NCBI GenBank assembly: GCA_022781985.1
Contig: JALESH010000030.1
Span: 3,474-67,473 of the forward strand
From: Lachnospiraceae bacterium
Lineage (GTDB): Bacteria > Bacillota > Clostridia > Lachnospirales > Lachnospiraceae
Direction of reading: 5' to 3'
Length of the DNA: 64,000 bases
The notes beneath the pieces were generated by a model. That model was not told the DNA's origin. It was given only the letters and a program-made list of their open reading frames with translations, and did not search any database. Positions within the stretch are counted from its first letter, which is position 1. Each line of letters begins with the position of its first letter. Positions 1-8,938 of this stretch are shown here, in pieces. The position numbers and the translations under genes were made by a program.

Positions 1-1
1 C

Positions 2-1126
2 TTTACGGCGCTTTTGCTGGCGGGAGTCTGCAGTGAGGTTACGGAGGCATGGAAGAGAAAGAGGCTGTTTGCAGCCGATATTGCCCGGCTGGCCGGTTTT
101 TATTATCTGTTTATTATCTTTGATGAAATGGTTTCTCCGGCCTCAGATTATTTTACTGTGCTGACGATTTTCTATATTGTCATCCGGTATCTGGAGCTGG
201 CAGAAAAGGGTGAGCGGTTCTGGCTGCCCTATGGGCTTCTGAGCCTGCTGGGGGTCTATACCATGAGCCTGAAGCTGTCTGCGGTGCCCATCCTGCTGCT
301 GACAGCCAGACCTGCTGCGATGCTCATCAGGGATAAGAATATCAGGGGAATCATAGGCTGTATAGGGCTGGGTATCCTGATCCTCCTCCCCTGCTTCCTG
401 CGAAATATATTGATTTCAGGCTGGATGATATATCCCTTTACAGCCATAGACCTGTTTGATGTGGACTGGAAGATCCCAAAAAGCATCGCAGACTATGATG
501 CCAGGGAGATCCGGGTCTGGGGCAGAGGCATCCATGACACGGCAAGGTTCGGGGAATCCATCTGCCAATGGTTTCCCGGCTGGTTTGCCTCCCAGTCTGC
601 TTTGGATCGGGCTGCCATCCTGGGAGCTGCCGCAGCGGTTCCGGCATCTCTTGCAGGCTTCCTGTGGGCGGTGAAAAGAAAAGAGGAAATCCAGAGAGGA
701 CTTATGCTCGGGGCGGTGACCGTCAGTCTGTCCTTTCTGTTCTGGCTGTTTTCTGCGCCCCTCATCAGATACGGGTGTGTATATGTCTGGCTGGCTGCGC
801 CGGTTACCTTCGGAGCCCTGGCACTCCGGCATATCAGGACCAAGACATTCTGGAGACCGGTATATATTCTGGCAGGTCTGCTGGCCTGCTACAAGATCCT
901 CGCGCTGGGAAAGGAAATAGCGGCAGGATATACACCGGAATACCTCATCCTTCAAAAGGATTATGAAAATTATCAGGTAGAAAACTGCCGGATACAAGGA
1001 ATACAATTTTACTATCCGTCCCAGGGGGATCAGACAGGCTACCGGGCTTTTCCATCGGCTCCGGCTATCCCATCGGCAGAGCTTCGGGGAAACAGCCTGA
1101 AGGACGGATTTCGATATAAAAAATAA
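2..1126 (+). CDS. polytopic membrane protein, 5'-truncated by window edge (possible glycan polymerase / GT-C-like)
   Basis: The frame is open from nt 2; the track ORF 14..1126 begins at an internal TTG. The sequence is multi-helix and hydrophobic with a C-terminal soluble tail. It lies directly upstream of fcl/manC. Function is not recognisable by eye. Confidence 0.55.
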   Translation, partial: FTALLLAGVCSEVTEAWKRKRLFAADIARLAGFYYLFIIFDEMVSPASDYFTVLTIFYIVIRYLELAEKGERFWLPYGLLSLLGVYTMSLKLSAVPILLLTARPAAMLIRDKNIRGIIGCIGLGILILLPCFLRNILISGWMIYPFTAIDLFDVDWKIPKSIADYDAREIRVWGRGIHDTARFGESICQWFPGWFASQSALDRAAILGAAAAVPASLAGFLWAVKRKEEIQRGLMLGAVTVSLSFLFWLFSAPLIRYGCVYVWLAAPVTFGALALRHIRTKTFWRPVYILAGLLACYKILALGKEIAAGYTPEYLILQKDYENYQVENCRIQGIQFYYPSQGDQTGYRAFPSAPAIPSAELRGNSLKDGFRYKK

Positions 1127-1182
1127 AGAGATGATCTCAAAATTGAAACCCCCATTCCCAAGAAAGGAGCGTTCCATTTATT

Positions 1183-2133
1183 ATGAACAAATCGGATAAA
1201 ATCTATGTGGCAGGTCATCGGGGCCTGGTAGGCAGTGCCATTGTCAGAAATCTGCAGGAAAAAGGGTACACGAATATTGTGGGCCGGACCCATCAGGAGC
1301 TGGATCTTACCAATCAGGCCGGTGTCATTGGTTTTTTTGAGGAAGAAAGGCCGGATATCGTGGTCCTGGCGGCAGCCAAGGTGGGGGGGATCCATGCCAA
1401 CCATACCAAGCCGGCAGAGTTTGCCTATGAAAATATGCAGGTGCAGTGCAATGTCATCAAATGCTGCCATGACTACAAGGTGAAGAAGCTGCTCTTTCTT
1501 GGCAGCACCTGTATCTATCCCCGTATGGCACAGCAGCCCATACCGGAGGACGCCCTGCTGACAGGTCCGCTGGAGGAGACCAACGAGGCCTATGCCATTG
1601 CCAAAATCTCCGGATTGGAGATGTGTAAATTTTTTAAGAGACAGTACGGAGATGATTTTGTCAGCTGCATGCCCACCAATCTCTATGGGCCCAATGACAA
1701 TTACGATCTGAAGGACTCCCATGTGCTGCCTGCTATGATCCGTAAGTTCCATGAGGCCAGGGAGAGTGGGGCTGAGAGTGTGGAATTATGGGGAACAGGG
1801 AGTCCCCTGAGAGAATTCCTCTATGTGGACGACATGGCAGATGCCTGTGTATTCCTGCTGGAAAATTACAGCGGGGAACAGCATGTGAACATAGGAACCG
1901 GCAAGGAGGTTTCCATCAGGGAGCTGGCCGAAACCGTCTGCAGGACAGTAGGCTTTGAGGGAGAGATCGTCTGGAACAGGGAGATGCCTGACGGTACGCC
2001 CAGGAAGCTCACCAATGTGGATAAGCTGCATGCCATGGGCTGGAGGCATAAGGTGGAGCTGGAGGAGGGCATAAGGCTGGCCTACCAATGGTTCAGGGAG
2101 AATATCGGCAGTGCCAGGATGCAGGGCAGATAG
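1183..2133 (+). CDS. fcl: GDP-L-fucose synthase (GDP-4-keto-6-deoxymannose 3,5-epimerase/4-reductase)
   Basis: N-terminal Rossmann motif [25 protein letters not shown] (YxxxK) and [10 protein letters not shown] blocks are typical of Fcl/WcaG. Length is 316 aa. RBS AAGGAG lies upstream. Confidence 0.9.
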   Translation: MNKSDKIYVAGHRGLVGSAIVRNLQEKGYTNIVGRTHQELDLTNQAGVIGFFEEERPDIVVLAAAKVGGIHANHTKPAEFAYENMQVQCNVIKCCHDYKVKKLLFLGSTCIYPRMAQQPIPEDALLTGPLEETNEAYAIAKISGLEMCKFFKRQYGDDFVSCMPTNLYGPNDNYDLKDSHVLPAMIRKFHEARESGAESVELWGTGSPLREFLYVDDMADACVFLLENYSGEQHVNIGTGKEVSIRELAETVCRTVGFEGEIVWNREMPDGTPRKLTNVDKLHAMGWRHKVELEEGIRLAYQWFRENIGSARMQGR

Positions 2134-2154
2134 GAAAGGAGCAGGGATATTGAT

Positions 2155-3264
2155 ATGGAAAAATACAGCGTGATCATGGCAGGGGGCGGCGGCACCAGGT
2201 TCTGGCCTCTCAGCCGCAGGAGGATGCCCAAGCAGTTTCTGAATCTGACAGGCAGGGATATCATGGTAAATGAGACCATTGACAGAATCACCGGCAATGT
2301 GCCCAGGGAGAATATCTTTATCGTCACCAATGTCTCCCAGGCGGAGGCTATGGAGGCGGCTGTGAAGGGAAGGCTGAAGGAGGGCCGGATCCTGGCGGAG
2401 CCGGCGGCCCGGAATACAGCAGCCTGCATCGGCTATGCGGCAGCAGTGATCCGGAAAAAATATGGAGACGGCGTTATGTGTGTTCTGCCCTCTGACCATT
2501 ATATCAAAGCCAAGGAGGCATATGGGGAGGTAATGGAGTTTGCCATGAAGCTGGCGGAGGAGACAGACCGCCTGGTTACCATAGGCATCAAGCCTACCAA
2601 GCCCGCTACAGGCTATGGTTACATTAAATATAATAAGAAGGTAAAGGAGGTGGGGTATACCATAGGCACAGCCAGCCAGAAAAGAATCGCGGCTTATGAG
2701 GTGTCTGACTTTGTGGAGAAGCCCAATCTGCCTGCAGCCAAGTCCTATCTGAAACAGGGCTGCTATCTCTGGAACAGCGGTATGTTTGTGTGGAAAACCT
2801 CCGTGATATTAAGATATTTTGAGGAGCTTCTGCCTGATGTATATGAATGTCTGATGCAGATAGAGGAGGCCATAGGAACTCCAGGAGAGCAGGAAACCAT
2901 AGACAGGATCTATCCTAAAATCCCCAAAATTTCTATAGATTATGGGATTATGGAGAGGGCTGACAACGTTATTATGCTGGAAGGAGACTTCGGCTGGAAT
3001 GATGTGGGAAGCTGGGATACCCTGGATGCTGTCTATGATACGGATGAAAACAACAATGTGGTGCAGGGGGATCAGATCCACATCGGTTCAAAGAACTGCA
3101 TTGCCTATGGCAGCAAGGACAGGCTGATCGCCACCATCGGATTGGACAATGTGGTGATCGTGGAGACAGAGGATGCCATACTGGTCTGTGACAAGTCCAG
3201 GACCCAGGATGTGAAGAAGGTGGTGGAGCTGCTGGAGGAGCAGGGCCGGGAAGAATATCTATAG
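2155..3264 (+). CDS. manC: mannose-1-phosphate guanylyltransferase (short form, no PMI domain)
   Basis: The MAGGGGTRFWPLSR nucleotidyltransferase signature is followed by EPAARNTA and GYGYI blocks. Length is 369 aa. Confidence 0.88.
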   Translation: MEKYSVIMAGGGGTRFWPLSRRRMPKQFLNLTGRDIMVNETIDRITGNVPRENIFIVTNVSQAEAMEAAVKGRLKEGRILAEPAARNTAACIGYAAAVIRKKYGDGVMCVLPSDHYIKAKEAYGEVMEFAMKLAEETDRLVTIGIKPTKPATGYGYIKYNKKVKEVGYTIGTASQKRIAAYEVSDFVEKPNLPAAKSYLKQGCYLWNSGMFVWKTSVILRYFEELLPDVYECLMQIEEAIGTPGEQETIDRIYPKIPKISIDYGIMERADNVIMLEGDFGWNDVGSWDTLDAVYDTDENNNVVQGDQIHIGSKNCIAYGSKDRLIATIGLDNVVIVETEDAILVCDKSRTQDVKKVVELLEEQGREEYL

Positions 3265-3291
3265 GATATGCAGCAACGCGATGAATTACGC

Positions 3292-3320
3292 TTTACAGAC
3301 GAAACAGCCCATGATATGAT
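3292..3320 (+). promoter_or_regulatory. sigma-A-type promoter (TTTACA-17-TGaTATGAT)
   Basis: -35 TTTACA at 3292..3297, a 17-nt spacer, TG at 3312..3313 and -10 TATGAT at 3315..3320, in the gap after manC. Confidence 0.5.
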
Positions 3321-3335
3321 TCATCTGATTAAGGA

Positions 3336-3773
3336 ATGGGAATGAGGCAGGAAAGGCAGGCAGTTTTCATGGAAGTGTGTTTGGAACAGGACAGGGCAGA
3401 GGAAACAGAGCTGATCGAATGGGTGACCGGCATCATGCTGGATGTAGGAGTGCCTGCACATCTGAAAGGCTATCACTATCTTCGTGCGGCCATTATCATG
3501 GCCAGGGAGGATATGGAAGTGGTGGGAAGCGTGACCAAGCTTCTCTATCCTGAAATTGCCAAAAGGTTCAGAACCACAGATCAGAAGGTGGAAAGGGCCA
3601 TTCGCAATGCCATCGAGGTATCCTGGACGAGAGGCAATGCAGATACCTTTGAAGATATCTTCGGTTATTCCAGTCTGACAGGTAATACCAGACCCACCAA
3701 CAGTGAATATATAGCACAGATTGCTGACAGGATAGGACTGCATATGCGGAGCAGGACAGAAGCCTGTGTATAG
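3336..3773 (+). CDS. Spo0A C-terminal (DNA-binding) domain-only protein, no receiver domain
   Basis: The run GVPAHLKGYHYLRAAI...LLYPEIAKRF.TTDQKVERAIRNAIEVSWTRGN...FGY...KPTNSEYIAQIADRI is near-colinear with the Spo0A effector domain as I recall it. The protein is only 145 aa. An alternative start at 3342 has better SD spacing. Confidence 0.85.
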   Translation: MGMRQERQAVFMEVCLEQDRAEETELIEWVTGIMLDVGVPAHLKGYHYLRAAIIMAREDMEVVGSVTKLLYPEIAKRFRTTDQKVERAIRNAIEVSWTRGNADTFEDIFGYSSLTGNTRPTNSEYIAQIADRIGLHMRSRTEACV

Positions 3774-3798
3774 AATCGGATAAGGCAGATATGGACAA

Positions 3799-3832
3799 GG
3801 AATCCCATGTGAGGGATTCTTTTTCTTTATTT
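3799..3832 (+). terminator. rho-independent terminator
   Basis: An 8-bp stem GGAATCCC / GGGATTCT (one G-U pair) with loop ATGTGA, followed by TTTTTCTTTATTT. Confidence 0.6.
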
Positions 3833-3862
3833 GTGGATTTAGAGCATGTTTCTACAAGCTGT

Positions 3863-3891
3863 TTGAGGTTTTGGAAAATATATGATAGAAT
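3863..3891 (+). promoter_or_regulatory. sigma-A-type promoter (TTGAGG-17-TGaTAGAAT)
   Basis: -35 at 3863..3868, a 17-nt spacer, extended -10 TG at 3883..3884 and -10 TAGAAT at 3886..3891. It lies 30 nt upstream of the GT2 gene start. Confidence 0.45.
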
Positions 3892-3921
3892 ATAGGACAA
3901 AATATACGGAGTGGTGAAAGG

Positions 3922-4851
3922 ATGGACTTGCTTAGTGTAATCGTTCCCTGCTACAACGAGGAGGAGAACGTTTTCGATTTTTATGAAGAATTGATGAAGA
4001 ACGCTCCATTTTTCCGGGAAAGGGATATGGAGGTGGAGCTTTGGTTTATTGACGATGGTTCCGGTGACCGGACATCTCACAGGGTAAAGGAGCTGGCGGC
4101 CGGGGACAAGCGTGTGCATCTGGTTTCCTTTTCCAGGAATTTCGGAAAGGAAGCTGCTATCTACGCCGGATTTCAAAAGGCGGGCGGAGATTATGTTGTG
4201 CTGATGGACTGTGACCTTCAGGATCCGCCGTCACTGCTGCCCGGGATGTTTGCCTATATAGACCAGGGCTATGACTCTGTTGCCACCAGAAGGGTGACCA
4301 GGAAGGGGGAGCCCTTCATCCGTTCCATGCTGGCCAGAGCCTTTTACCGGATTATGAATAAGCTCTCTAGGACGGAGATCGTGGACGGAGCCAGGGATTA
4401 CCGACTGATGAAGAGATGTGTAGTGGACGCCGTCCTGTCTCTGACCGAATACAACCGTTTTACCAAAGGGATCTTCGGCTGGGTGGGCTTTGAGACGAAG
4501 TGGCTGGAATATGAAAATGTACAGAGGAGAAAGGGAGAGACGAAGTGGTCCTTCTGGAAGCTCTTTGTGTATTCCCTGGATGGGATCACGGCATTTTCCA
4601 CGGCTCCCCTGGCTCTGGCTTCGGTCATGGGGGTACTGTTCTGCATCATGGCCTTCTTGCTGATCATCTTTACCATAGTCAGGAAGCTTATGTTTGGCGA
4701 TCCCACCTCGGGCTGGCCCTCACTGGTATGTATTATCTCCCTGATCAGCGGTGTGCAGCTCTTCTGTCTGGGCATTGTGGGACAGTATCTTTCCAAAACC
4801 TATATGGAAGTGAAGAATCGGCCCATGTATCTGGTGAAGGAGGAAATTTAA
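3922..4851 (+). CDS. GtrB/CsbB/ArnC-like polyprenyl-phosphate glycosyltransferase (GT2 with two C-terminal TM helices)
   Basis: SVIVPCYNEEEN, IDDGSGD, SRNFGKEAA, MDCDLQDPP and RDYRLM motifs, then two C-terminal hydrophobic helices ending in the GIVGQYL.K.Y.EVKNRP tail typical of GtrB-like enzymes. Confidence 0.85.
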   Translation: MDLLSVIVPCYNEEENVFDFYEELMKNAPFFRERDMEVELWFIDDGSGDRTSHRVKELAAGDKRVHLVSFSRNFGKEAAIYAGFQKAGGDYVVLMDCDLQDPPSLLPGMFAYIDQGYDSVATRRVTRKGEPFIRSMLARAFYRIMNKLSRTEIVDGARDYRLMKRCVVDAVLSLTEYNRFTKGIFGWVGFETKWLEYENVQRRKGETKWSFWKLFVYSLDGITAFSTAPLALASVMGVLFCIMAFLLIIFTIVRKLMFGDPTSGWPSLVCIISLISGVQLFCLGIVGQYLSKTYMEVKNRPMYLVKEEI

Positions 4852-4927
4852 CAGCAGCCATAAAATCAGAAAAAGAGCCTGGGCTGTAAAGAGCACAAAC
4901 AGTCTGAGCGCAGAAGGTGAGGATGAA

Positions 4928-5680
4928 ATGGAGAGCCTGGTCAGCATCATCGTACCGGTGTACAATGCCGGTGCCTATATAGAAGAAACCATTCGGATGG
5001 TATGCAGGCAGACCTGGGGAAGCTGGGAGCTTCTGTTGGTGGATGACTGCTCCCGGGATGAGAGCCGGGCGGTCATAGAGAGCTATTGTGAAAAGGATAA
5101 AAGAATCCGACTCATTGCAAAGGAGAACAATGAGGGGGCGGCTCTGGCGAGAAATACAGGCCTGGAGCATGCCGGGGGAAGATATATCGCCTTTTTGGAT
5201 GCGGACGATGTGTGGCTGCCGGAGAAGCTGGAGAAGGAGTTGGCATTTATGAGGCGGAAGTCGGCGGCCTTCGTATTCACTGCTTATGAATTTGGGGATG
5301 AAAATGCCCGTGGGACAGGAAAGGTGGTGTCCGTACCGGAGCAGCTCACCTACAGGGAGGCACTTTCCAGGACAGTCATCTTTACCAGCACTGTTATGTT
5401 TGATTTGGAGAAAATAGGGAAGGAACTGATCAGGATGCCGGATGTGGCCAGCGAGGATACGGCTACATGGTGGAAAATCCTGAGAAACGGCTACACGGCC
5501 TATGGACTGAATCAGGTACTTGCCATATACAGGAGGCCGGCCAGATCCCTGTCCTCCAACAAATTTCTGGCTGTCAGGAGAATATGGAACCTGTATAGAA
5601 AGGAAGAAAAGCTGCTCCTGCCGGAGTGTCTCCGGTATTTTGCAGGCTGGGCCTGCAGGGCAGTATTAAGGCGGATATAG
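4928..5680 (+). CDS. glycosyltransferase family 2 (TuaG/WcaA-like)
   Basis: VSIIVPVYNAGAYI, LLLVDDCSRDES and FLDADDVW (DxD) motifs. The protein is soluble and 250 aa. Confidence 0.85.
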   Translation: MESLVSIIVPVYNAGAYIEETIRMVCRQTWGSWELLLVDDCSRDESRAVIESYCEKDKRIRLIAKENNEGAALARNTGLEHAGGRYIAFLDADDVWLPEKLEKELAFMRRKSAAFVFTAYEFGDENARGTGKVVSVPEQLTYREALSRTVIFTSTVMFDLEKIGKELIRMPDVASEDTATWWKILRNGYTAYGLNQVLAIYRRPARSLSSNKFLAVRRIWNLYRKEEKLLLPECLRYFAGWACRAVLRRI

Positions 5681-5684
5681 AAGT

Positions 5685-7079
5685 ATGGTGATAAAGGAAA
5701 AGAACAAAGAAGCGAAGAAAAGAGCGATCCTGCTGCTGCTGTCCCTGGCAGGGATGTGTATGCAGTTGGCAGTCTATGCCTATGTCTGGCTGGAGGTTTA
5801 TTATCCCTATCTGGCCCGGCTGGGCAGGGTAAATTTTTATCTCAATGCCCATGTGCTGGTACTCCTGCTTTATCTGATCCTGCTCTTCTTTTTTGAGAAT
5901 ACCTACGGCGGGCTGAAAATAGGGTATCTCAAGCCCATGGAGGTATATTTCTCCCAGGTCTTCTCCCTTCTGGCAGTAAATGTGATCTCCTATATCCAGA
6001 TTTCCCTGCTCAGGAACTGGATTGCACCGGTACAGCCCATGCTGGCAGGCATGGCGGTACAGATGGCAGTCTCGGCTGTATGGACCTGGTTTTGCCATGC
6101 TGTATACCGGAGGATTTTCCGGCCCCGAAGGCTTCTGTTAATCTACGGAGAGCGGCCTATCAGGGATATACTGAATAAATTTGCCAGCAGAAAAGACAAG
6201 TTTGAGATCAAAAAATGCATGCATGTGGGAGAGGGGGCCGAAGCAATAGAGAAGGAGGCGGCAGAGGGCTATGATGCTCTGGTACTCTGGGATATTCCTA
6301 CCCAAAGCAGGAACACCCTGCTGAAGTTCTGCTATGGCAGATCCCTCCGGGTGTATATGATGCCAAAGATCAGCGATGTGCTGATCCAGGGCTCGGAGCA
6401 GCTCCATCTGTTTGATACCCCCATTTTCCTCAACAGGGAGACGCCCCTTACTGTGGAGCAGAGAGCGGTGAAACGGCTCATAGATGTGATCTGCGCCCTG
6501 GCGCTGCTGGTGGCGGCCGCCCCTTTTATGCTGATTACGGCTGTGGCAGTCAAGCTCTATGACGGAGGCCCGGTATTATACAGACAGGTGCGGTGTACCA
6601 GGGATCAGAAGGAATTTTTGATCCTGAAATTCAGAAGCATGCGTGTGGATGCGGAAAAGGATGGGGTGGCCCGGCTGGCTGCAAAAAATGATTCCAGGAT
6701 CACGCCTGTAGGGAAATTGATCAGGGCGGTGAGAATCGATGAGCTCCCCCAGCTCTTTAATATTCTAAGGGGAGAGATGTCCTTCATAGGTCCCCGTCCG
6801 GAGCGGCCGGAGATCATCGCCCAATATGCGGAGGAGATGCCGGAGTTTGTTTTCAGGATGAAGGTAAAAGCGGGGCTGGCAGGCTATGCACAGGTGTACG
6901 GAAAGTACAATACCACCCCCTATGATAAGCTCAAGCTGGATCTGGCATATATCGAAAACTATACGGTGTGGCTGGATATCAAGCTGATGCTGCTCACATT
7001 AAAAATTCTGTTCAGGCCGGAAAGCACTGAGGGTATAGATGTCACCCAGATCACTGCCATGAAAAAGGAAGAGGAATAA
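5685..7079 (+). CDS. polyprenyl glycosylphosphotransferase, large WbaP/CpsE type (initiating enzyme)
   Basis: An N-terminal multi-TM region and central domain precede the C-terminal sugar-transferase core: KR.ID...A...L....P...I...VK...GPV.Y.Q.R......F...KFRSM...A......RIT.VG..IR...IDELPQL.N.L.G.MS.IGPRPE. Confidence 0.88.
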   Translation: MVIKEKNKEAKKRAILLLLSLAGMCMQLAVYAYVWLEVYYPYLARLGRVNFYLNAHVLVLLLYLILLFFFENTYGGLKIGYLKPMEVYFSQVFSLLAVNVISYIQISLLRNWIAPVQPMLAGMAVQMAVSAVWTWFCHAVYRRIFRPRRLLLIYGERPIRDILNKFASRKDKFEIKKCMHVGEGAEAIEKEAAEGYDALVLWDIPTQSRNTLLKFCYGRSLRVYMMPKISDVLIQGSEQLHLFDTPIFLNRETPLTVEQRAVKRLIDVICALALLVAAAPFMLITAVAVKLYDGGPVLYRQVRCTRDQKEFLILKFRSMRVDAEKDGVARLAAKNDSRITPVGKLIRAVRIDELPQLFNILRGEMSFIGPRPERPEIIAQYAEEMPEFVFRMKVKAGLAGYAQVYGKYNTTPYDKLKLDLAYIENYTVWLDIKLMLLTLKILFRPESTEGIDVTQITAMKKEEE

Positions 7080-8137
7080 TGGAAAATCAAAGATATATGC
7101 AGGAGGGGCTGGATTGGAAGAGGCTGCTGCTCCTGACGAGAAAAAAAATCTGGATGCCGGCGGCGGCAGCGGCGGCGGGTGCCTTGCTGGGGGGAGGCAT
7201 CTATCTGCTGCTGCATTTGGTATTGCTGCCTGAGAGGGAGTATCAGTCTGTGGGGAAATTTTATCTGGATTTTAACTGTGACCCCGAGGATTACAACCAG
7301 CTTTCCTACAATGGCTATACCTGGAATGACCTGATGGACACGGATCCTATCCTGGATTATACTATGGAGCTGCTTCCTCCGGAGGTGGACAGACAGACAG
7401 TGGCGGCAGCCACCAGGGCGGAGATCCTGTCGGACATCCGGCTGCTGACAGTGACTGTCACCGCGCCGGCCCCGGAGCTGGCAGAGCTGATCATGGAGGC
7501 TACCGGGGCATCCCTGGTACACCTGGGAGAAACTGATGGGCTGTTCCGCAGCATCAGGATCTACGGGATCACGGAGGCTGCGCAGATCCTGTGGGATAAC
7601 CGGACATGGAGTGCGGTGGTGACGGGGGCGGTATTGGCACTGTTTGTATCGGTGATGGCACTGGCCTTTTATTACGTATTGGACGATTCTGTCTATGTGG
7701 AGCGGGATGTGGAGAGGCGCTATGGAATAACGGCTATGGGAGTGCTGGCAGCGGGCGATCCGGCTACAGAGACAGGCAGTGCCGGAATCTTTTATGCCAA
7801 CTACAGCTATCTCTGCCGGGGGCTTGGTGAGGTGGCCTTTCTCAGTGCAGACAGCAGAGAGGATGCGGAGAGGGCAGAGCAGGCAGTCGGAAACCAGGAG
7901 CAGCCGCAGCGCCTGGCGGCCGGTATGCCCCAGACCGGAGAGGATTACAGGAGGCTGCGTGAAAAGGATGGAGTGATTCTGGCCATACGCTACGGCGGCA
8001 GGAATGGAAGGGCTGTTGAGCGGCTGCTGGATCAGCTCAGGCGGCAGGACTGCACCGTACTGGGAGCAGTGATCGTGGAGGCTGACAGACAGTTTCTGAA
8101 AAGGTATTATGGACGGAAGGAAAGGACAGAGGGATAG
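7079..8137 (+). CDS. Wzz/chain-length-determinant-like membrane protein with degenerate kinase-like tail
   Basis: Its ATG overlaps the upstream stop (ATAATGG). An N-terminal TM helix, a roughly 150-aa external segment and a second TM helix give Wzz topology. The C-terminal roughly 130 aa (GVILAIRYGGRNGRAVERLL..L....C.VLGAVIVEAD) resemble the back half of a BY-kinase, but no Walker A GxxxxGK[ST] is present. Confidence 0.6.
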   Translation: MENQRYMQEGLDWKRLLLLTRKKIWMPAAAAAAGALLGGGIYLLLHLVLLPEREYQSVGKFYLDFNCDPEDYNQLSYNGYTWNDLMDTDPILDYTMELLPPEVDRQTVAAATRAEILSDIRLLTVTVTAPAPELAELIMEATGASLVHLGETDGLFRSIRIYGITEAAQILWDNRTWSAVVTGAVLALFVSVMALAFYYVLDDSVYVERDVERRYGITAMGVLAAGDPATETGSAGIFYANYSYLCRGLGEVAFLSADSREDAERAEQAVGNQEQPQRLAAGMPQTGEDYRRLREKDGVILAIRYGGRNGRAVERLLDQLRRQDCTVLGAVIVEADRQFLKRYYGRKERTEG

Positions 8138-8139
8138 GG

Positions 8140-8919
8140 ATGGAGCTGCAGGTATTGGTTTCAGCAGTGGATCAGGATGTGGCCGGGATGGCCGAGAGGA
8201 TGAATCTGGAAACGGAGGCAATCATCATCAATCAGTGCAGCCGCTTTGCCTATGAGGAGTATGAGCACAGGGGCTGCAGGATACGGTGCTACAGCCTGGC
8301 TGAGCGAGGCGTGGGATTGTCCAGGAACAATGGCCTGATGCGTGCCGATGGGGAACTGTGCCTGTTTGGGGATGAGGACATTGTCTATGACTGCGGGTAT
8401 GGTGCCCGGATAGAGGAAGCCTTTGCCCGGCGTCCGGAGGCGGACATGCTTCTGTTTAATGTGAGGGTGGCGCCTGCCAGAAAAACCTACTGGAATGAGG
8501 GGGAGAAAAGGGTTCGCTGGTATAATTACGGCAGATATCCGGCCTACAGTATGGCGGCCAGGACAGAGTCCCTCCACAGGGCCAATATCAGCTTTTCCCT
8601 CTTGTTTGGCGGGGGGGCCAGATACAGCAATGGGGAGGACAGCCTGTTTCTTCGGGATTGTCTGAGGGCGGGACTGAGGATTCTGGCCCTTCCGGTGGTC
8701 ATCGGCGAAGAAAAGGAGAGGGAATCCACCTGGTTTCATGGATATAACGATAAATTCTTCAGAGACAGGGGCGTGCTGTATCATTATCTGTATGGAAGGA
8801 TGGCCCTTCCCTTTTCTCTGCGTTTTCTGATGGCCCATGGAAAGGAAATGTGCAGTGAGATAGGATGGAGGAAAGCCTGGGAGCTGATGCTGGAGGGCAT
8901 ACGGGAAGGGAAGGGCTGA
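8140..8919 (+). CDS. GT-A fold glycosyltransferase (family-2-like)
   Basis: 259 aa. FGDEDIVY provides a DxD-type motif, with GVGLSRNNG upstream. It is tightly packed after the Wzz-like gene. Confidence 0.6.
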   Translation: MELQVLVSAVDQDVAGMAERMNLETEAIIINQCSRFAYEEYEHRGCRIRCYSLAERGVGLSRNNGLMRADGELCLFGDEDIVYDCGYGARIEEAFARRPEADMLLFNVRVAPARKTYWNEGEKRVRWYNYGRYPAYSMAARTESLHRANISFSLLFGGGARYSNGEDSLFLRDCLRAGLRILALPVVIGEEKERESTWFHGYNDKFFRDRGVLYHYLYGRMALPFSLRFLMAHGKEMCSEIGWRKAWELMLEGIREGKG

Positions 8920-8938
8920 AAGGAGCAGGTATATTAAT

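Noticed and set aside
3774-3921. Spo0A (0A-box, TGTCGAA / TTCGACA) sites near the Spo0A-domain gene and other promoters
   Set aside because: I scanned the intergenic regions by eye and found no match there. The only TTCGACA-like strings I noticed are inside coding sequence (for example near 49270), so no binding site is claimed.
6959-8221. 420-aa minus-strand ORF, the longest of many antisense ORFs opposite plus-strand genes
   Set aside because: Its Pro/Ser/His/Gln/Arg-rich composition has no recognisable motif or RBS. It lies exactly opposite a plus-strand gene with sensible Wzz topology and translational coupling. Long shadow ORFs are expected opposite GC3-rich genes.
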